Source: Antechinus flavipes
Lineage: Eukaryota
Direction: 5' to 3'
NCBI RefSeq assembly: GCF_016432865.1
Contig: NC_067402.1
Span: 286,068,001 to 286,132,000 of the forward strand
DNA length: 64,000 nucleotides
In this document: in pieces, positions 35,320 to 48,130 of the stretch
Layout of the letters: the number at the start of each line of letters is the position of its first letter
Position numbering within the stretch: the stretch's first letter is position 1
The notes under the pieces: generated by a model
What the model saw: the letters and a program-made list of their open reading frames with translations, nothing else
What the model was told of the DNA's origin: nothing
The model's database searches: none
Translations under genes and position numbers: made by a program

Positions 35320-35570
35320 TATCATTTGTTGTTCTTGTTGGTTTTTTCCAGTCCAACTCTTCATGATCCCATTTGGGATTTTCTTGGCAAAGATAGTGGA
35401 CTGATTTGCCATTTTCTTCTCTAGCTCATTTGATGAGAAAACTAAGAAAAAGAAGATTAAGTGACTTGCCCAGAGTCACACAGCTGGTAAACGCCTGAGG
35501 CCAGATTTCAACTCATCTTCCTCACTCCAGGCCCCATTCCTCTATTCATTGAACCCCCTAGCTGCAATTT
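35320..35570 (-). mobile_element. MAR1-type SINE
   Basis: Reverse RTE tail 'cttcatgatcccatttgggattttcttggcaaagatagtggactgatttgccattttcttctctagc' plus CORE sequence. Confidence 0.7.
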
Positions 35571-35689
35571 ACCTTAAATCACTTACTCCGTCCAGCCAGA
35601 GTAAGGCCCAAACCCCTTGCCCTCCTCATGGAATCTAATTATTTATGAGTTAGCAGGGACCTCAAAGGTGATAACCAATTTCCATTTGA

Positions 35690-37390
35690 GTCTTTCAACC
35701 AATAAATGATCAGAGAAAGCCCAATTAAAAGGGATTTCTGTGAATGCAAATTAAGACAGCTCTGAAATACCACTTCACAACTATCAGATCAGCTAAGACG
35801 GCAGGAAAAGATAATGATGAATGTTGGAGGGGATGTGGGAAAACTGGGACATTAATACATGGTTAATGGAATTGTGGATCCAACCATTCTGGAAAACAAT
35901 TTGGAACTGTGCGCAAAGGGCTATCAGACGGGGCACACTCTGATCCAGCAGTGTCTCTACTGGGCCTGTATCCCAAAAAGATCATTAAAAAAAAAAGGAA
36001 AAGGACTCATATGTGCAAAAATCTTTGTAGCTACCTTTTTTGCAGTGGCAAGGAACGAGAAATTGAGGGGATGTCCATCAGCTGGTATATGAATGTAATG
36101 GAATATTATTATTCTATAAGAAATGATGAGCAGGCTGATTTCAGAAAAGCCTGGAAAGACCTACGTGAACTGACACCGATGAAGTGAGCAGAACCGGGAG
36201 AACATTCTACACAGTAACAGCAAGATTATGTGATGATCAGCTGGGATAGACTTGGCTCTTTTCAACAATGAGGTGATTCAAGGCAATTCCAATAGACTTG
36301 TGATGGAGAGAGCCATCTACATCTAGGGAGAGAACAATGGAGACTGAATGTGGATCAAACCATCTTATCTGCACCTTTTGTTCTTGTTTGTTTGCTTAGG
36401 TTTTTTTTTTTTCTTTTCTCATGCTTTTTCCCCTTTTGATTTGATTTTTTCCCCCACAACATGAGGAATATGGAAATATGTCTAGAAAACAGCAGGTGTT
36501 TATTTAACCTTTATTGAATTGCTTGCTGTTTTGGAGGGGGAAGAGGAGTGGGAGAAAAATTTGAAATACAAAAGTTTTGCAAAGGTAAATGTTGAAAACT
36601 ATTGTTAGGCCCTGGATAGCAGGCCATCCATCCCCCTCCCCTTTTTTATTTGTGCAATTAGACTTGGAAAAATTGAGTTTTAAAAGAAAAATTCTAACCT
36701 TGAAGCTCCGACTCCCTTCCACATACTACTGCAACACAATGAAGGATAGAAAAGAAAAAATCTCCAGGTGCTCGCCTCTCTGACTTCATCCCTGTCCAAA
36801 AACTACCCTGGGAATAGAATTATTGTCAAGGACAAGCCCCTATCTATCCAAGAATGGTCCTACTCCTTGTCTGACAGGGCCTGAGCCACAATCTCCAAGC
36901 TGTAAGTGCCAACTTAACTCCTCTCTCCCTCTCCTCTCTTTGAGGTAAACATAACAACAGCTACAAGGCTAATTACATTCTCCCTTGTGTATTTTGCTTG
37001 CTAAAAAACCTGGTATAAACAGTGTGCTTATATATGGTGTTTAACATATACTTTAACATATTTAACATGTATGGGACTACCTGCCATCTGGGGGAGGGGA
37101 TGGGGGGAAGGAGGGGAAAATTGGAACAAAAGGATTGGCAATTGTCAATGCTAAAAAATTACCCATGCATATGTCTTGTAAATAAAGAGCTATAATAAAA
37201 AAATAAAATGAAATAAAAAATAAACTGTGCTTCAGTTGCTCTGGACCAAATGCTTTGGAAGTATATTCCCATTTCGGTCAGCTAGCTTAAAGTCTCCACA
37301 ATAAAAATTAAAAACCATCTCTTCTTGCCAGTTTCTGTGGTATTACACTATATATGCATATATTTGGGGAAAATACCAGTAAAATTTTAA
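35690..37390 (+). mobile_element. L1 (ORF2 C-terminal remnant plus 3'UTR) interrupted by a solo LTR
   Basis: ORF2 remnant ('GIVDPTILENNLELCAK', 'DPAVSLLGLYPKKI'). The tail 'gttgaaaactat' at 36591-36602 resumes as 'ctatatatgcatatattt' at 37348. Confidence 0.8.
36603..37347 (+). mobile_element. Solo LTR (class I/ERV1-like) containing a nested L1 fragment of about 190 bp
   Basis: TGTTAG...TTACA termini; 4-bp TSD CTAT (36599-36602 and 37348-37351); AATAAA about 45 bp before the 3' CA; nested L1 tail 37030-37219. Confidence 0.75.
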
Positions 37391-40300
37391 AAAAAAAGGA
37401 TTTCTGTGGATATTATTCCTCAGCTATTGCTCTGCTCATAGGTGAAACAAGACATGATGGAATCCTTGACTCAGCAATAATAATCCAACAAGAGGCCATT
37501 TGGCCTTACTTGGAATGGGAAAGTCCATCTGCCTGTGGCAGGTCTCCACTCTGGGGCAGCTTTTCTTTATATCAGGTTGACTCTGTCTCCATAACCTGCA
37601 TCTGTGGTTCAGGGTTTGTAATCAGAGGCTCATCTTTTTCCAGTAGAAGCCCTTCAGATCTTTAAAGATCTCTCTCAGCTCCTTCCCCAGGTTAAGGAGT
37701 CCTATTTTTTTTTCTTCACAACTTCTAGTCCCCTACTCCTGGCTGTTCTCTGAGCCATCCACATCCTACAATATGGTACCTAGAACATACCCACCTTCTC
37801 CAGTGATGCATTGGCAGCTGGGATTCTGCTCTGTTCCACCCATAGCAAAACCTCCCTGACTCACCGGGACACATTATGTCAAATCAACATTTGTTTAAAC
37901 GCCCAGGAGGGAAGATCTCTTCCTAACGTGTAGCAGGAGCTGGTTCCCGAAGGAGGCTCTATCTAAATCACGGCTCTGCTGATTCTGACTGCATGATCAT
38001 TTTTGAGTCACTGGGTCTCAGTTTACCTGTCTGTAAAACGAAGGGGGCGGGGGCAGGTGGTCTCTGCAGTTCCTTGCAGACCTGAGCATCTATGAGGGTG
38101 TGAATGATGGTCCTCTCTTTCCCCCTCCAAATGCAGAGGGCCTCTCTTCACCTTGGCTGCACATCCCCCTCTTCCCCCTCAGTGCCCCCCACCTTTCTGG
38201 AGAGCAGAAGCCTTAGGCCCGGCGTGCCCCAGAGACAAATGAAGTCCATCAATCTGTCTGTGTGTGAGTTAGCTAGAGCACCGCTGAGCTCCCAGAGAAG
38301 CCATCCAATTTATGAGTTTTTCTATTCAGGCTGTAGGCTGCCGGCTGCCCCCCTGGCCCACTCTTCCCCCTCCCCCTTGCCAGGGGAGGAAGGAGGCTCA
38401 GACTCCAGGCCCTCCGCTGATTAAAGATGGAGCAGGAAACCGGTGTCTCTCACAGCAGGAAGATGGCGGCCGGTTCTTAGAAAGCCCGTTCTTCCCTTGC
38501 CTCCCCCCAGCATCATCCGCTCTGTGATTCAAGGCAAGAAACATGAAGTGTTTACATGTCCTTTAACTAACAGACAAAGGGTCCTCACCCCAGCAGCCTC
38601 CTGGACACCACACTGCAGGCCAGAAGGAAGAACGGGCTTTATTCCCATTTCTACTGCGCCCTTCTCCCACCCGTTCCCACCACTCCAAAAGGCAGACAGG
38701 TACAAGTCCTATTTATGCCCATTTTAGCAAGGAGGAAACTGAGAGTCAGCGAGCCAAGCAGCCAGTCAGGGGGTCCATCCCCACACTGGTGGAGCTCTCC
38801 CCACATAGTGATGTCCCGTGAGGGGTAGCCAAGCCCCAACCGTGCCGCCCCTGGGTGCCGGAAAGGACCTTAAAGCCAAAGACTCGGAGCCCGCAAGGAT
38901 TGTCTCACTTTCAAGATGGGGAAACCGAGGAACAGAAAAGTAGTCATGTGTTCAGGGCCCTCCAACTCATCTGAGGCAGGATTTGAACTCAGGCCTACAT
39001 CCTTATTTCACACAGGAATCAGTCAATCAACAAGCATTATTAAGAAAGTCATCTTCATCTGCAACATGCAAATGCCTGAGGAGTGGAAGTTCGTGTTAGA
39101 GAAAGAAGGGAGAGCTATCCAGAGGCAGAGCAGAGATTTGAACCCAGGTCTCCTGAGTCCCTGCCCCAGTGGCCAGCTCCAGCATAAGCAGAACTGTGGC
39201 TGCCGCTAATAGCTTTCCGTCTGGCCTTGGTACGGCCAGTGCCAGCTCGATAAAGCCTTGGCCGGGCCCTTAGAGATGTGATCTGGGAGCCGGCCGACTC
39301 ATAACGGAGCTGGGAAGGAGGGCACGGAGGAGGCAGGAGGAGGGAGCGGATGGGAAAATTAACTTTGTCATCCGCTGGGGAGGGAGGCCGGGGGCCTCTC
39401 TGCAAGCTCCTGGGGCTGATTTAAGGTGGCTGATGAAAGCTTCTGAGGAACAGATGGGCTTAATTATTCTAGCACCGGAAACCGAGAGCCAGGGAGGGGA
39501 GAATGGGAAGGTGGATGTGGAGGAAAGGGGGGCACCGGCTTGAGCCTGAGGCTGGAGCAGAAAGGGCTGCAGAGAGCCTGGCATGGCAGCAGATGGGTGG
39601 AAATGCAGGAGCCCAGCTCAAAGCTTTGCCATAGTTTTCCAGATAGCCCCTCCCCTCTCTGAAGTCCCCCTTCCCGCCCCTTCAAGGCTGGGGGCTTGCT
39701 GGGAGAAGAACCTGGCTTTGGGCTTGGCCATCATTGCGGGGGGGGGGGGCTCCTTTCTTTCTCCATCTTTACCTCTGTGTCCCCCTCACCCCATCCCTGA
39801 CCTGAGATGGACTTCTCCTAGCAAAAAAAAGGATGTATTTATTGAAGGGGATGGGAAGAAGCATTTATTAAGTGCCTGGCAGATTTACAAATATTGTCTC
39901 ATTTGATCGTGACACAGACGAGGGGCAGATGCCCCCCTCTTTCACCTGTACCACCCAAGGACCTTACAGGAGGGGTTTGGGCACATTTCCACCAAAAAAG
40001 CCCCCCTAGAGAAACCTGTTCAGGTTGTATCTTGGGCATAATCCCTTCCAGGTATGACCCAAACATCTCAGACTTGTGCTGTGAGCGTAGCTGGGGGGTG
40101 GGGAGCGTAGGAGGCTCAGAGAAATGTAAGACAAAGACTTTCCTCCCTCAAGAGGGTCATAGTCTAGTTATGTGAGGGGATTTGGAGACCACAAGCTCTA
40201 CAGAGGCACAAAACCATCCTCCACGAGCATCCGTCTCCATTAGTATCATGGTCGCCCCAGTTCAGCAGGCAGACTGGTCACGTCTCATCTCTGGCCGTCT

Positions 40301-40719
40301 GGACAGAGACCTCTGCGTGGCCAGCTCGATTCTTCTTCAGATCCTCTCTGTCCTTAATGATGGAGGGTTCACACCTTGAGTCAATGACCACGAATAATAT
40401 CAGGCAGCCTAAGGATGTTCCTCTCCCTCTCTTCCAGTCTGCTTTCTGAGATGTTGATGATCTAATAATGTTTTATTTCTATTTAATAATATATTTATTC
40501 TATGTTATATTTATATATTAAATACAATGTCACATGATATTTAATAATTTCCGTCACTCGGGATTTGGTATCTTTGAAGATGATGGCGTCCCATGATCCC
40601 CAAGCCTTGCAGAATCATTGGGAGAACATCGGTGGTAAGAAGGTGAGCCTTGCCTTCTTAAGGAAACAGCTAAACATGCTGAGGTTCAAGGATGTAAAGG
40701 AATTACAACTGTGTTGTAA

Positions 40720-41632
40720 TAAATGGCAGATATCTAGAATTCAGAGAAGCACCCGAAGACTGATACAAAGCAAAGGAAACAGAACCAGAAAAATAAGATG
40801 CTGATCACTACAATGATGTAAATGATGGTATCACAATCCATAACAGAACAAAACCAAATTTTATTTAATTGCAATGATTATGCTTGACCCTCCAGGAGAG
40901 TTAAAGAAAACATATTCTCTCCCTTTTTGTGGAGAACTCACAAAAACTGACAGATGTCCTCAATGAGTTGATTTACTTGAATTGTCTTTTTCTCCTTTTT
41001 AAAAAATTCTTTGTTAAGAATATTAATATTAATATTTATTCCTTTGTTTTGTTTTTTAATGTTCTTTGGACATCCCACTGGTTAAGATGGGAGGGAGGGA
41101 TTCAGAAAAAAAAAAGATGATGCAAAAATAAAAGCTATCAATAAAATATCTTAAATGAGATTTATTGACAGAGAGATGGAAAATACAACATGATTAATCC
41201 ATTTTCCTTCTGCTTGATTCTTTTTCATCCAAGATATGTGTTCTAATAGATTAAGTTAAAAGGATAGTGCTTTTCTCAACTTCATGTCATAGTCTGGACA
41301 ATATGGATCTTTCATCCACTTGGTTTTTCTTATATAAATGACTGGAAGGACCATGGGTTTTATAGTAGCATGCTAAAACTATAGTCAGAGCAATGCTTTT
41401 TCTTTTCTCAAAAATGTATTGATTCAAGGTAGTTCCATTAGATTTGGGATGGAAAGAGCTATCCACATCCAGAGAATGGATATTATGGAAACTGAATATG
41501 GATCGAAGCATAGTATTTTCACTTTTTTTTTTTTTTTGGTTTTTTGTTTGTTTTCTTTCTCATTTTTTTCCCCTTTTGTTCTGATTGCACAAATAACAAA
41601 TATGGAAATATGTTTAAAAGAATTGCACAGTG
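40720..41632 (+). mobile_element. Degenerate L1 3' fragments
   Basis: 'gatgtaaatgat...aacagaacaaaacc', 'gaatggatattatggaaactgaatatggatcgaagcatagtattttcac'; boundaries approximate. Confidence 0.6.
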
Positions 41633-41758
41633 GCATCCAGGTGGTATAGGGGATAGAGCACCAGCCTTGAGTCAGGAAGACCTGAGTTCAAATTTAGTCT
41701 CAAACACTTAATACTTCCTAGCTGTGTGACCATGGGCAAGTCATTTAACCCCAATTGA

Positions 41759-41789
<31 letters not shown>

Positions 41790-41790
41790 G
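41633..41790 (+). mobile_element. WSINE1-type tRNA-derived SINE with (GAAA)n tail
   Basis: 'ggatagagcaccagccttgagtcaggaagacctgagttcaaatttagtctcaaacacttaatacttcctagctgtgtgaccatgggcaagtcatttaacccc'. Confidence 0.85.
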
Positions 41791-43164
41791 AGACATAGGG
41801 GTCCCTCACTCCTGACATCTTTTCAGTTACCTTTGAAGGGGAGGGGAAATCTCATTATTTTGTTATTTTATTTTGTTAAATAATATTACATATTAAAATA
41901 ATTTAAAAAATTTTTTAGAAGTTTTGAGTTTTAAATTCTATCCCTCTCTTCTACTCCCTTCCTTGCCTTCTCCCTGAGACAATAAGCAATCAATATAGTT
42001 TATACATGTGAAATTATATAAAATATTTCTGTATCTTTTTGTATGCAAAGACTTGATTGTCCATTCTTTTGAAATCTTCCTCTTGTGCCTTCTCCAGGAT
42101 AGATTTCCTTAATTTGTATTTTTTTTTTCTTTCAGGTCCAACTGTGTTTCCTGATTTCAATTACTAGAGTCAATTCCACTCTCGTATAGTTCATTGATTA
42201 CCAAGGTTGAGTGTAATGACCGTGTATTTAAAATCAGCAGGAGTCAGGAACTCAGGTTAAGGGAAAAATCTCCTTTAGGAGACATGGGACAGTGAAAAGA
42301 CAGCTTGGTCTGGGTTCTTAGAAAGTGGGTACAAATAATGCCTCTGTTACTCATCCTTTCTGTGAAGGTGGGCAGATAAAATGAACTTTTATATGTAAGT
42401 ATCCTCATGTCCAAATTGAGAAGGTTAGAATCCATGAAGTTCCCTTCCATCCTAACTCTCAAATTTGTTTCAACTTTCCTTTTCATGTCATTCTTGGGAA
42501 ACAGACTCACTGCTTTAGAATGATATATTTGGTATCATCTAATGTTGGAAATCCATCTCTTTAGTTTGTCTTGTATTATATTATATTTCTTATTGTATTG
42601 TATAATATTATAATGTATTGTGTATTGTATTATATTGTACATTGTTAAAATTCAAATACAAAAAATACTGTCTTGATGAATCTAATCTAATAACTATTTT
42701 GATTCTTCAGAAATAACTACTAATAAATGTTTAAAAGGTATATAAAAATAAAATTCTAAATCCATGATCTAGAATCATGCCGATCAGTCCTATTTTCATT
42801 GTTTTTTTGTTGGTTTTTTGCTTTAGGGATGATCTGGCTGTAAGTTCCTTTTTCTCTTCAGTGGTTTTCCTGTTTTTGTGAGTTAGTACTCATTAACTAA
42901 TGATCAATTTCAATTTTTAGAACTGTTGAATGAGACTCATTATTTCCTTTCCAGTGCCTTTTAATTCTCTTATTGAAGAAAACATCCACAATGTTCCTGA
43001 GTGTGGTTTCTGACTGCCTACAGATCTTTGACCTCTTCCATTCTTTAATTGGAAACTTTATTCACCAGCATACAATTTGTTGTCTTTTTCTGTGTCCACT
43101 ACCTCATACAATCCCAATACATGGCAAGCACTTCATAAAAGTCTTTTTGATTTAAGTAACCAAG

Positions 43165-43722
43165 CCTTGATTACTGGGTCTGTATCCCAAGGAAATCATA
43201 AAGGAGGGAAAAAAACCCACATGTGCAAAACTGTTTTAGCAGCTTGTTTTGTGTAGCAAAGAACGGGAAAATGAGTAGATGCTCATCGATTGGAAAATGG
43301 CTGAATAAGTTGTGGTCTATGAAGTAATGGAATATTATTGTTCTATCAAAAATGATGAGCAAGCTGAGTTTAGAGAGGCCTGGGAAGATTTACATGAACG
43401 GATGCTGAGCGAAACAAGCAGAACCAGGAATACATTGTACACAATAACAGCTAGAACAACTAGTGCAATGATTAACTATCAAAAACTCGGTTTTTCTCAG
43501 TGGTTCAGTGATCCAAAGGAATCCCAATAGATTTTGGACAGAAAATGCCATCTGCATCCAGAAAAAGAACTAAGGAGACTGAATGTAAATCAACACATGC
43601 TAGGTTCACTTCTTTTTTTCTGTTGTTTTTTTTTTCTCTCTCCCATAGTTTTTCTCTTTTGTGCTGATTTTTCTCTCCCAACATAATTCATAAAGTAATA
43701 TGTATTAAAAATAAATAAATTT
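43165..43722 (+). mobile_element. L1 3' end
   Basis: 'ctgggtctgtatcccaaggaaatcata...gaagtaatggaatattattgttctatcaaaaatgatgagcaagctgag' through to an A-rich tail. Confidence 0.85.
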
Positions 43723-43875
43723 GGGGCAGCTAGGTGATGCAGTGGACAGAGCACCAGCCCTGAAGTCAAGAGGGAACTGAATTCAAAACTGGCCTCAAAC
43801 ACTTAACTTTTCCTAGCTATGTGACTGTGGGCAAGTCACTTAATCCCCATTGCCTCAGGAAAAAAAATTAAAATT
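43723..43875 (+). mobile_element. WSINE1-type SINE inserted in the L1 A-tail
   Basis: 'ggggcagctaggtgatgcagtggacagagcaccagccctgaagtcaag...ttgcctcagg'. TSD AAAATAAATAAATTT at 43708-43722 and 43876-43890. Confidence 0.9.
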
Positions 43876-44199
43876 AAAATAAATAAATTTACTAGGAAAA
43901 AATGAGTAACTGAGTTGGCTTAGACAGAGAATCTGATTGAATAATTCATAGAATTTCTCTCTATCATCCTCGATTGCAGACACTGACATCTAGATTGCCC
44001 CTGCCTTCATGGTAGAACTTTTATTTACACTTTTATCAGGTCCTACAGGGCAAGATGGCAGAATGTCTCTGAAACGATATCCTGTGGTACACGATGAAAC
44101 CGACCCCACCAATCCCTCTCTTTGGCTGAGAATATGAGAATTTTCCTCCAACGTAAGCTGCCAACAAATTTCCTTGTATTTAATTACATTGTACATCAT

Positions 44200-44700
44200 T
44201 TTCTTTATCAACTTTGTTATATATTAATATAGATATGTGTATATTACTAATGCAGTAAATAAAATACAAGTGTATATTAATATATGATAAGTATATATAC
44301 TAACATTTAAGACAAGTATTAATATGACATGTTTATATTAAGTACAATTATATATAATACACATATATACTAACATGATAAGTATATATTAATATATAAG
44401 AAAAGCATATGCACTAATATTTAAGACAAGTATTACTATGATGTGTTTATATTAAGTACAATTATATTAATTATGTATCATACTAATTATATAAATATAT
44501 TAATAATGACAAGTATATATTAATATATAAAGTAAATATATATGAAAAGTATATACATTGATATATGATAAGTATATATTTATATGTAAGACAAGTATGT
44601 TAATATATATGATGAGGATATATTAATATTTAAGACAAGACTATACATAAATATATATTATGACAAGTATAAATTTATATGTCAAACATAGATTGCATAC
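44200..44700. repeat. AT-rich degenerate satellite with a 114-bp duplication
   Basis: 'atttaagacaagtatta.tatga..tgtttatattaagtacaattatat' near 44305 and 44419; many 'gacaagtat/gataagtat' subunits. Confidence 0.8.
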
Positions 44701-47169
44701 GAATGTGGTGTGTGTGTGTTTAGTCTCCATCAGCAAGCTAAATTTTAGCAAATAGGGATTGCTTCATTCTCAAAGTGCTTGGCACACAGTAGGTGCTTAA
44801 TAAAAGCTGCAGATCTAGAAGTGTAAGAAGCCTGAGTGACTTCCTCATTCTCCCCTTTATTTATAGATAAGGAAGGGCAGTGACTCACCAGGTCACCACA
44901 GTCAGGAAGGGACAGGGGCAGGATTAGAATTTAGTTTCTCCTCCTCCAAAATCACTATATCATGCCGCCTCCTTATTCATTCATCTGACAAAAAGGGAAA
45001 CTGAGGCTCAGGGAACTGAAGACAGCCCTTGAACTCAAGCCTCCTGACCTGAAATTCTTCACTCTTTCTGCCACCATAACTATGCAAATGAAAAAAGTGA
45101 CTACCTGAGACAGTCTGTTGCAAAGTGCCCCCAAGGTAGTCCTGACCATGAGGACCCCAGGAGTCAGAAGAAGGAGAGAAAGCTCCAGAGGTTTCAGAAA
45201 AAGGGACATGAGCTGGACTTGGAAGGAAGTGGGAAGGACCCAGAAAGGAGCAGAAGCACAGAGGGTGTCAGTACTTGGTCTGAGATAAGAGGCGGAGGGA
45301 GGAAGGCATTAATTAATTAATAAAAATTAATTAAAAGGCAGTGTCAGTGGTCAGAACAGCCCGGCAGGAGGCCCGTGAGCCACAAAGGTTCTGTCTGAGC
45401 TCGGGACCAGATCTGAGGGAGAACTGAAGGCTGGGCTGGGGACGGTCTCCGAGGCTACTGCCGCCATCTTGATTAGCACTGTGGAATGGACAGGGACAGG
45501 GAGAGGAAAAGTACTTCTGAGAGGCAAAGTGCACACTGGTCCTAAATATGGAATCGGGAAGAGATGGATTCAAATTCTACCTCAAACACTTACCTGAGCA
45601 GGTCATCCAGAATCACATCTGTAAAATGGACTTAACAGCCTCTAATTCCCTTCCAGTTCTAAAATGAGCCTTGGACCCAGGCAAGTCCAGTGGTTTGGAG
45701 GGGCCGGTGATTTGGGCTGCTCTAGCTTTCCCTTCCCCTTCCTCTACTTGAAGCTGGCTGGGAGTTGCTATTTATCATCCGAATGGCTAGTACTCGGGGA
45801 AATAAATACTAATTAACCAAGCCAATGTTTCCCATTAGTGAACATCAATTTCCCTACCCAGAGGCTCATTTGGCAAATCACTGGCTGGTTGCAAGCTGAG
45901 TAACAGGCCACCAGGGCCAGGGAGGCAGGGAAAAGAAAAATTATCTTTGGCTGGACTGGCTAAGTGGAAGTGACCACAGTTACAGGGGGAGGCGGGAGCG
46001 AGAAAGGATCTGGGCAGGACTTGGGGGCACAAACATATTGGAGGAGGGGCCAGGCAGGAAAGCGGAGAGCTAGAGGGCTGAGGAAAAAGGAAAAAGGGCG
46101 AAAACAAGTGTCAAAAGGCAGGGCAATGAGAGCTCTGCATCTAAAAGCAATCTCCAGGTTCAAGCACCTGCCCAGCTGCTTAATATCTGTCATTTTAGGG
46201 AAAATTCCTCAGTTTCCTCATCTGCAAAATGGTCTCCCACCCCTCCTCTTACTCCCCAGCTCTGCCCCCTCTATATTCTCAGGGAGAGGAACGCTTCTTT
46301 GCCTTTGAAATAGAGACGATAGTTATATTTAGTTGGAGGTACTGTGAGAATCTATTGAGATTAGAGGTTTCTCAAGCTGCCCTCTGGCCTTCCGGAGTCC
46401 CAGGAGTTTGGGCAGGGCCGGCCCCACAATCTAAGCCAGAGATGGGAGACTCTGGAGCCAGTTTGGATTCTGAGTCTAAGTTGCTAGCTGTATGGCCATG
46501 GCTGAATCAACTAGTAGGGCCTCATGTAGAAAGGCTGGGGGGAGGTGGGACTAGATGGCAGCGAGGTGACCCAGGGGATGGAAGGCTCCTTCCTGAGGGT
46601 GAGGACCTTGCCATGGCAGCCCCCTCCCAGAGCTGTTGTGAGGATCCAATAATAAAATACATGTAAGCCTGAAAGTACTCATAAATGGAAGCTAAATGAA
46701 GAGATCAGATTGGTTCTCTAAGGTCCCGCTCAGAAGGAAGCTAGTATTGCAGTGGGTACAGCTTCTCGGGGAAATAGAGCAGTAATCCTGAGGTCCCCGA
46801 CCTTAGAGTGCTATGGTTCTAACCATCTGTCAATAAAGTCTTCTGGCCTTAGGGTAGTCCTACAAACATTGCTGATCAGGGATAACCAAGTTCCTGAGAC
46901 CATAGTGAATGACCACCCCTCAAACCTACCTGTGAGCCAGAAAATGAGCAGATAAGTGACATGAAGCTCTGTTCTAACTTTGTCCTATACATTTATCTTC
47001 TTTCTCCTGGTTCTTTGCCAAATCCTTTTGGAACCTAGTCCACTTCAATTGGGGTGACAATTACAATAAACTTTGCCCCTTGACTTGGAGGTGGGTTCAA
47101 GCCTGACAAGATGCTACTCAGGTCCTCCTGACTTCAGGGCTGATGCTCTATCCACTGCATCAACTAGCT

Positions 47170-48130
47170 GCCCCTGTTGCAAATATTTTTGCCCATGTGG
47201 GTCCTTCTCCCTTTTTTATGATTTTTTGGAATATAGGCCCAGTAGAGACATTGCTAGATCAAAGGGTATGCAGTTTGACAGCCCTTTGGGCTCTTCAGAA
47301 TGGGTGGATCCGTTCACAACTCCACCAACAATGTATCCGTGTCCCAGTTTTCCCACATCCCCTCTAACATTCATCATTATCTTTTCCTGTCATCTTAGGC
47401 AATCTGAGAGGTGAGAAGTATTCCTCAGAGTGGTCTTTTTTTTTTTAATGTAAATAAGTTTTTTTTTTAATTTAATTTTATTTAATAATAACTTTGTATT
47501 GACAGAATCCATGCCAGGATAATTTTTACACAGCATTATCCCTTGCAATCACTTATGTTTCGTTTTTTCCCCTCCCTCCCTCCTCCCCCCCCCCCAAGAT
47601 GGCAAGCAGTCCTATATATGTTAAATATGTTGCAGTGTAAATAAGTTTTTTTAAGCATTATTTGTTGTGTCTCCCACATACTGAACATTACTATAAAAGT
47701 AATTTTCTTTTTAATTTTTAAAGCTTTTTATTTTCAAAACATATGCATTATGTTTCAGATTTTCCCTCCTTCCTTACTCCCTCCCCTAGATGGCAAGCTA
47801 GCCAATATGTTATATATGTTAAAATGTACAATCCAATATCCGTACACCTATTTATACAATTCTCTTGTTGCACAAGAAAAATCAGATCAAAAAGTTAGGA
47901 AAACAAAATGCAAGTGAACAACAACAAAAGAGTGAGAATGTTGTGATCCACACTGGGTTCCCACAATCCTCTTTGGGTGCAGATGGCTCTGAGTGGTCTT
48001 CATTTGCATTTTTCTAATCAATAGTGATTTAGAGCATTTTTGATGACTAGAAAATGGCTTTAATTTCCTCATCTGCAAATTGCCTGTTCATTTGATCCTT
48101 TATCATCTGGGGAATGACCTGTATTCTTAA
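47170..48130 (-). mobile_element. Antisense L1 fragments with a nested younger L1 tail
   Basis: Reverse ORF2-end and UTR sequence. The nested insert at about 47465-47635 is flanked by TGTAAATAAGTTTTTT at 47449 and 47636. Confidence 0.8.

Noticed and set aside
40225-40400. Segment reminiscent of an RTE-family retroposon
   Set aside because: I could not match it confidently from memory; left unannotated pending a Dfam search.
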